NCBI GenBank assembly: GCA_050181465.1
Contig: JBFXDD010000005.1
Location: 22,673 to 86,672 of the forward strand
Reading direction: 5' to 3'
From: Planctomycetota bacterium
Lineage (GTDB): Bacteria; Planctomycetota; UBA1135; UBA2386
Length of the DNA stretch: 64,000 bases
Of the stretch, positions 58,602-64,000 are shown piece after piece. Each line of letters begins with the position of its first letter. Position 1 is the first letter of the stretch. A model generated the notes under the pieces. It was not told where the DNA came from. It did no database searches and saw nothing but the letters and a program-made list of their open reading frames with translations. The position numbers and the translations under genes were made by a program.

Positions 58602-59425
58602 CGGCTGCGAACGTCCGATTCGGGTTCGCCAAGATGCACGGGGCCGGAAACGACTACGTGATGGTCGACGGCTTCGATCATCCCCAGGTCATCGAACGTG
58701 GCAGCGAGATCGCAAAGTCCGTATCCGACCGTCGATTCGGAATCGGGAGCGATGGACTCATCACGCTAGGACCCAGCACGGTTGCCGACGTGCGCATGTG
58801 GATGTGGAATGCCGACGGCTCTCGCGGAGCGATGTGTGGGAATGGCTTGCGAATGCTGGCCTGCTTCGCCCGCGAACGAACACGAGTTGCGCGCGACGGG
58901 TTTCTCATCGAGACCGACAGCGGAGTCCAGAGCGTCACCGCGCATCGGGATCGCGAGGGCCGGTGGATCGGCGCGCGCGTGACCATGCCGACAGTCGAGA
59001 TCGCCGAGCATTCGGAACGAATCGCGACCGACACGATGAGTGCAGAGTTCTGGGAAGTCGATGTCGGCAACCCGCACGCGGTCGTTCTCGTCGATTCCGA
59101 TCCGGAGTCCCTGCCGCTCGCGGAGCTTGCCGCCGCCTTGCGACGCCTCGCCCGTTTTCCGGACGGAGTCAACGTAGAGCTGGTGCGTGTCGACTCATCC
59201 GACACCCTGAGACAACGAACCGACGAGCGCGGATCGGGGGAGACAATGGCATGTGGCAGCGGCGCAACGGCGAGCGCGATGGTGGCGATGCGTCTGGGAC
59301 GATTGCGAGGCCCGACCGCGGCGGTCGACATGCGGGGAGGCAGGGTACTCGTTCATCGGATCGACGACCGTCATGCGGAGCTGGAAGGCCCGGTGGTCAC
59401 CGTCTTCCGCGGCTCCTTCGGCTGA
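58598..59425 (+). CDS. dapF: Diaminopimelate epimerase
   Basis: KMHGAGNDY, GIGSDG, NADGS..MCGNG, VGNPH, GVNVE, ERG.GET.ACGSG. Confidence 0.95.
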   Translation: MTAANVRFGFAKMHGAGNDYVMVDGFDHPQVIERGSEIAKSVSDRRFGIGSDGLITLGPSTVADVRMWMWNADGSRGAMCGNGLRMLACFARERTRVARDGFLIETDSGVQSVTAHRDREGRWIGARVTMPTVEIAEHSERIATDTMSAEFWEVDVGNPHAVVLVDSDPESLPLAELAAALRRLARFPDGVNVELVRVDSSDTLRQRTDERGSGETMACGSGATASAMVAMRLGRLRGPTAAVDMRGGRVLVHRIDDRHAELEGPVVTVFRGSFG

Positions 59426-59499
59426 CCCGGCGCGCTTCTTGCTGAGCGAGAGTCGATCCGCGTTGGTGGGCAAGTCTTTCCCGCCTTAGCCTCTCCTCG

Positions 59500-60249
59500 A
59501 TGCCCACCGACGTCGGATCGTCGAATCCTGCCTCCCGGACACCGTCAGCTCCGCTCCGCGACAAGACCGTCGTCGTGCTCGGCTCCAGCGGTGCGCTGGG
59601 TTCCGTCGTCCTTCAGAAGCTCGTCGCTGTGGGTGCGCGTCCGGCGATCGTGGTGCGGAAACCCTGGCAAGTCGAGCGCGCCAGGGCCGCTCTCGGTTCG
59701 CATCCCGGCTTGGTCGCGGAAGTCGGGTCGCGCGACGGCGAAGCCGCTGCAGGCTTCGCCAAAGGGGCACACGACGCACTTGGACCGATCGAGGGTCTCA
59801 TCGCGGCCTGCGGGCGTTTCGCCGCGGGGCCGCTCCACAAGGCGCCGGCGGGGCAGGACCTCGAACTGTTCGAAGCCAACATGCTGGCGATTCACAACGT
59901 CGTCCGCGCCGTCGCCGGGCCGATGATCCGTCGGAAGTCCGGCAAATTGATCTTCGTCGGGAGCGCCGCCGTGGGATCGGAGGCTACTGAGATGGCGCTC
60001 TACCGCGCCAGCAAGGCGGCTCTCCATGAGTATGCAAGCGCGCTCGCACGCGAACTGCTGCCGCACGGCATCGGCGTCGCGCTGGCTGCACCGACGACGC
60101 TCGACACGGCAGCGAATCGCGCCGCGATGCCGACGAGCGATAGAAGCGACTGGCAGAGCTGCGAGGAAGTGGCGGAGTACCTGATCGCCGCTTGCGGCTC
60201 GGCACTCGGAACGGCAGCCGAGCCGCTCGTGAGGCTACCGCTGGGATGA
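59500..60249 (+). CDS. Short-chain dehydrogenase/reductase
   Basis: GSSGALG, YRASK, DT.ANR..MP. Confidence 0.88.
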   Translation: MPTDVGSSNPASRTPSAPLRDKTVVVLGSSGALGSVVLQKLVAVGARPAIVVRKPWQVERARAALGSHPGLVAEVGSRDGEAAAGFAKGAHDALGPIEGLIAACGRFAAGPLHKAPAGQDLELFEANMLAIHNVVRAVAGPMIRRKSGKLIFVGSAAVGSEATEMALYRASKAALHEYASALARELLPHGIGVALAAPTTLDTAANRAAMPTSDRSDWQSCEEVAEYLIAACGSALGTAAEPLVRLPLG

Positions 60250-61307
60250 CCGAGCGAGATCGGCGATCTCGGATTAGAACGGTGGGCATGCGTCCCTCGT
60301 TGGTCGTCGTGCCTCTGTATCTCGCCGCCCTCGTGTCGGCACAGGACCAGAAGGAACACATCCTTCGCATGAGAGCGTGGCTCGACTCCGAGCACACGGA
60401 CCGCGCACTCCTCGATCGCGCAGCGACCGCCCTGCTCGACGCCTCGAAGTCCGGCTTCGAGGCGCTTCGGGCGGAGTTGTCGTCGGTGAATGCCGAGGAT
60501 CGCAATCGGCGACTTGCGCTGGAGTCACTGCTTCAAACGACCATCCTGCAGTTCATCCAGACCGGTCTCGGCGCCAGCTTCCGCTACGCCGGTCAGTACG
60601 CCGACCTTCGCGCGCTCGAACCGCATGCATCGCGGCTTCTCCTCGAGCTGGTGATCGAACCGAGCGATTGGTTCCCGTCGGACCAACGCGGCGGCCTGCT
60701 TCCTGCGCTGCGCGACATACTCGAATCCCCACCCGCCGATGACATCCTCGACCGTCTGGAACAGATGGCGGACGATGAGGACTTCGAAGCGGAGGCCTTT
60801 CGCTACGAGCTGATGCTGGCCGTCGCGCAGTGGGGGCGACGCAAGGTGCTGCAGAAGCGCCTCGATGTGTTGGTAGAAATCGCCGGTCGGCGCCAAACCG
60901 CCGAGGAACTCGGCATCTGCCGATCCCTGGCACAGCTCCATTATGACCTTCGCGACTACAAGACCGCGTCGACCTGGTGGAACCAGTACCAGAAGGGCAA
61001 GGCGAAACTCGACGACCCACTCACCGCCATGGATGAGTACAACATCGCATGCTGCAACGCGCTCGCCGGCCGAATCGAACTTGCGCTCGCCGCTGTGGAA
61101 CGATGCGCCCAAGCAGTGCGCGACGGCAGGAACGACTCCGCGGCGCCGGTGACCGGCACGATGTTCGACGAGGATCCCGATCTTCGAAGCATCCGCGATC
61201 ACGAACGATTTGGTGCCGCTCGGAAGCACGGCTTCGGCGATACCGCGAAGAAGGAAGCGAAGCCGACGAACGCGAAGGGCAAGGACGATCCACGCGATCG
61301 CCGATGA
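60246..61307 (+). CDS. Exported TPR/helical-repeat protein
   Basis: YNIACCNALAG..E.A and DPDL.SIR...RF end-of-TPR motif; start could be 60288. Confidence 0.75.
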   Translation: MTERDRRSRIRTVGMRPSLVVVPLYLAALVSAQDQKEHILRMRAWLDSEHTDRALLDRAATALLDASKSGFEALRAELSSVNAEDRNRRLALESLLQTTILQFIQTGLGASFRYAGQYADLRALEPHASRLLLELVIEPSDWFPSDQRGGLLPALRDILESPPADDILDRLEQMADDEDFEAEAFRYELMLAVAQWGRRKVLQKRLDVLVEIAGRRQTAEELGICRSLAQLHYDLRDYKTASTWWNQYQKGKAKLDDPLTAMDEYNIACCNALAGRIELALAAVERCAQAVRDGRNDSAAPVTGTMFDEDPDLRSIRDHERFGAARKHGFGDTAKKEAKPTNAKGKDDPRDRR

Positions 61308-61326
61308 TGACGTCAGCTCCGAACGC

Positions 61327-63108
61327 ATGCCTCCGGCTGTGCGCCTCGTCGCAGCCCAGTCTCGATCGATGACACTATCGCTGTCGTTCTGCCTCGGACT
61401 TTTTCTCGGCCTGCTCGCCGGCGATGTCTTCGAGTGGCTGCCCGGAGAATCGCAGGCGGAGCACGTCGTGGCCGGCAGCGTCTTTCTGCTCACGCCCTGG
61501 CTCTGGCTGTGGATCGCCAGAGCATCCGTTCGGTGGGCTGGTGGGGTCGCCCGCGTGGGTTCCGCGCTGACTCGAACCAGCGCCCTCGCAGTTCCCACGG
61601 GGATGTTCGGTTTGGTCGGGGTCGGCGGTTACCTCGATCACGTCCATCGAATCGCCGATGGCTCCAACACCACCTGGGCGATGATGTTCTTGGCGCCAGT
61701 CCTGTGGCTCGAATGGAGTCTAGGCGCAGCCCGCAAGTCACTCGGACGAACACTGATGGGCGACTCCACGGGCGAACAAGAGCCGACGTTGGCATCCGCC
61801 TGGCGAATGAATCTCATGACCTCGGCGACTCTGCTCTCGTTCAGCGTGGCAGTGGACGCACTCGAGAGCTCACCGACGCTGTCGGCATTCCTGCTGACCA
61901 CGACGATCGGTTCGACCGTCGGGCTCCTGGTCTTGGTGGGGCTAGCGGCCTGGTTGCTGCCGATCCTGTTCCGGTGGATTCTCCCCGCCTCGCGAACGCT
62001 GCCCTCACACCTGAGCGAAGGCATTCACGAGATTGCGCGTCGACTCGGTTTCCAACCGCGCAATGTCCTGTCGCTCGACACCGGTTTCCGGTCGGTGAAC
62101 GCGGCGATGATCGGGCCGTTCCGATGGCCGCGCTACCTGGTCCTCACCGACGGCTTGCTCGCCTGTCTCGATCTGCCCGCTCTACGCGCGGTCGTCGCAC
62201 ATGAGGTCGGGCATGCGCGAGCCGGTCATCCGGGTTGGATCACTCTTGCCATCGTCGTGGTGCCGATCTTGGTCTATCGGCCGATCGCGAATCTCCGGCT
62301 CGACGCCATCGAACCACACTGGCTCATCCTGATCGGTGCCGCGCTCGCAATCGTCATCCTGATTGCCGTTCGGATGCTCATGCACCGCTTCGAGTACGAA
62401 GCCGACGATCAGTCCGCGGAAGCACTGGGGGCGCCAAGCTGCGTCCAGGCGCTCGCGCGAATCGGCGAGATCTTCCCCGGCAGTCGATTCCGCAGCAGCT
62501 TTCGGCATCCGAGTGAGCACGACCGAATTCGCGCACTTCTCGACCACCACCAGAATCCCGCGCAGCGAATGCGCTTCGTGCGACGCGGTCGACACCTCCG
62601 CGCCGCGATTGCGATTGCCATCATCCCACTCCTGGCTTGGTCGACGCTCGTTCACGCGGCCAGCTACCCGAACGATCGCGCGAAGATGGCGCTCGCTCGA
62701 TCCGAATACGCCGCCGCCCTACACTGGCTCGATCGAGAGGCATCGCACGAGATTCTCGACCAACGCCAGCATCTCGAGCTACGAGACCAGGCAACTCTGG
62801 CCCTGGAGTTGGCGACGAACACGGGCGATCCCTCGGCTCCGTACGCGTCCATTGCCGAGCTCGCATGGGCTCGCGCTCTCGAGGTGGTGAAGGCGTCAGG
62901 CCCGGGCAGCGCCCATGCGGCGTTCAAGCTGGCATCCTTCGGCGACGGCAATCGTGATTGCAGGCTCTCGGCAGTGCTCTGGGCCAAGGCCGCTCTGGAC
63001 GGCGACCAGGCGTTCCAGACTCGCGTGGGTCGACACCTGATCTCGCTCGCGGACACACCGGAAGCCCTTCGTGCGATCGTGCAATCGAGCCTGAGCGACG
63101 TCCGATGA
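61327..63108 (+). CDS. M48-family membrane zinc metalloprotease
   Basis: Multiple TM, VNAAM.G, TDGLL, AHEVGH, EYEAD, HP...RI; start uncertain. Confidence 0.88.
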   Translation: MPPAVRLVAAQSRSMTLSLSFCLGLFLGLLAGDVFEWLPGESQAEHVVAGSVFLLTPWLWLWIARASVRWAGGVARVGSALTRTSALAVPTGMFGLVGVGGYLDHVHRIADGSNTTWAMMFLAPVLWLEWSLGAARKSLGRTLMGDSTGEQEPTLASAWRMNLMTSATLLSFSVAVDALESSPTLSAFLLTTTIGSTVGLLVLVGLAAWLLPILFRWILPASRTLPSHLSEGIHEIARRLGFQPRNVLSLDTGFRSVNAAMIGPFRWPRYLVLTDGLLACLDLPALRAVVAHEVGHARAGHPGWITLAIVVVPILVYRPIANLRLDAIEPHWLILIGAALAIVILIAVRMLMHRFEYEADDQSAEALGAPSCVQALARIGEIFPGSRFRSSFRHPSEHDRIRALLDHHQNPAQRMRFVRRGRHLRAAIAIAIIPLLAWSTLVHAASYPNDRAKMALARSEYAAALHWLDREASHEILDQRQHLELRDQATLALELATNTGDPSAPYASIAELAWARALEVVKASGPGSAHAAFKLASFGDGNRDCRLSAVLWAKAALDGDQAFQTRVGRHLISLADTPEALRAIVQSSLSDVR

Positions 63109-64000
63109 AGCGCGCACTCGTCGTCGGAACTGCGATGCTCGTGAGCCTGGCCTCGTGGCTCCTGTTTGTCGATCTTCGCTCGGAACCCGTTCGGGAGAGC
63201 ATGATCACCGCGATCCCAGACTCGGTGGGAGAGGTCGGCATCGAGGCGGACATTCAAGACTCGCGTCACGTCGAACCCACCGGCGGAAACGGCGGCACCG
63301 ACACGCTCACCACATCGCTCAGCGCGGTGTTCCGCGGCCGAGTGCTCGATTTGCATGGATCTCCTCCTCGCGATGCGGTCATCGCGATCGATCGAGATGG
63401 CCGGCGAATCGCGGCATCGAGTTGCCAGCCTGACGGCCAGTTCGAGATCGCGACAGAGGTCGGGGGTGTCGTCGCGATCATCGCCACGGCGCGTGGTGGG
63501 GCGAGTCATCCCCGACGCGTCCGCGCGGTGGTGGGGATGTCCCACGACGTCGGAGCATTGCTGATCGAGCCGATCGAGCCGATCACCGGCACGGTGGTCG
63601 ACGATCTCGGTCGTCCCGTTCCTGCGGCAACCGTCCTGGCCGTCGCAAGCGACTCCGACGATGCGCGACGTCGCACTGCGGCAACCGACCCCGAAGGTTC
63701 GTTTCGACTGGATACCCGACTACCTGTCACGGAGCTGAAGGTCGACGCACGCGGATTCGTGAGCCGGATCATCGAGGTCGATTCGCTTCCCGTTCGGATC
63801 GAGCTGGAGCGAGCCCTCGAACATCGTGGAAGGGTGATCGATGCACGATCAGGGGATGCGGTGCCGAACGCTGTCGTACACACCCAACGATGCAGTTCCG
63901 ACGGCTCGTTCACGATTGCGAGCTCTCGCTCGAGCGGCAACACCGTCGTCGTACGCGCCCACGGCTACGCCACTCGAAACGTCGAACTCTCGGACCCCGC
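63105..64000 (+). CDS. Carboxypeptidase-regulatory-like repeat protein, 5' part only (not in ORF track)
   Basis: ATG overlaps the M48 stop; N-terminal TM; repeats GRVLD..G.P, GTVVDDLGRPVPAATV, TDPEGSFRL, A.GY/F. Confidence 0.85.
   Translation, partial: MKRALVVGTAMLVSLASWLLFVDLRSEPVRESMITAIPDSVGEVGIEADIQDSRHVEPTGGNGGTDTLTTSLSAVFRGRVLDLHGSPPRDAVIAIDRDGRRIAASSCQPDGQFEIATEVGGVVAIIATARGGASHPRRVRAVVGMSHDVGALLIEPIEPITGTVVDDLGRPVPAATVLAVASDSDDARRRTAATDPEGSFRLDTRLPVTELKVDARGFVSRIIEVDSLPVRIELERALEHRGRVIDARSGDAVPNAVVHTQRCSSDGSFTIASSRSSGNTVVVRAHGYATRNVELSDP

Overview
High-GC bacterial chromosomal window; gene content (alternative complex III plus caa3 oxidase operon, RNase HIII, many secreted proteins) suggests a planctomycete, which is an inference. 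It looks origin-proximal: the 5' part of a dnaA-like gene absent from the ORF track runs off the left edge, and parAB with parS sites lies at 43-45 kb. Recognisable systems: complete bacillithiol pathway (bshA, bshB1, bshC) with a coupled cysteine desulfurase, three-gene transhydrogenase, NhaD, SNF2/SWIM pair, a 12-gene actABCDEF(G)-sco-coxBACD operon, an SxtI/J/K-like carbamoyltransferase cassette, a sigma70 factor, hemW, rnhC-dapF. Most interesting unexplained signals: (1) a secreted protein with lysyl-oxidase-like Lys/Tyr motifs but no HxHxH copper site; (2) a 184-bp CTAG-bounded MITE family with four copies, one nested in another, with co-varying terminal repeats; (3) a YfgM-like anchor fused to a degenerate cyclophilin; (4) an orphan ParA followed by a degenerate histidine-kinase-like protein; (5) tRNA-like structured modules upstream of an HNH nuclease; (6) a recurring 25-bp intergenic palindrome. 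No CRISPR array, rRNA, canonical tRNA or transposase was seen. All calls come from reading motifs by eye; no searches were run.
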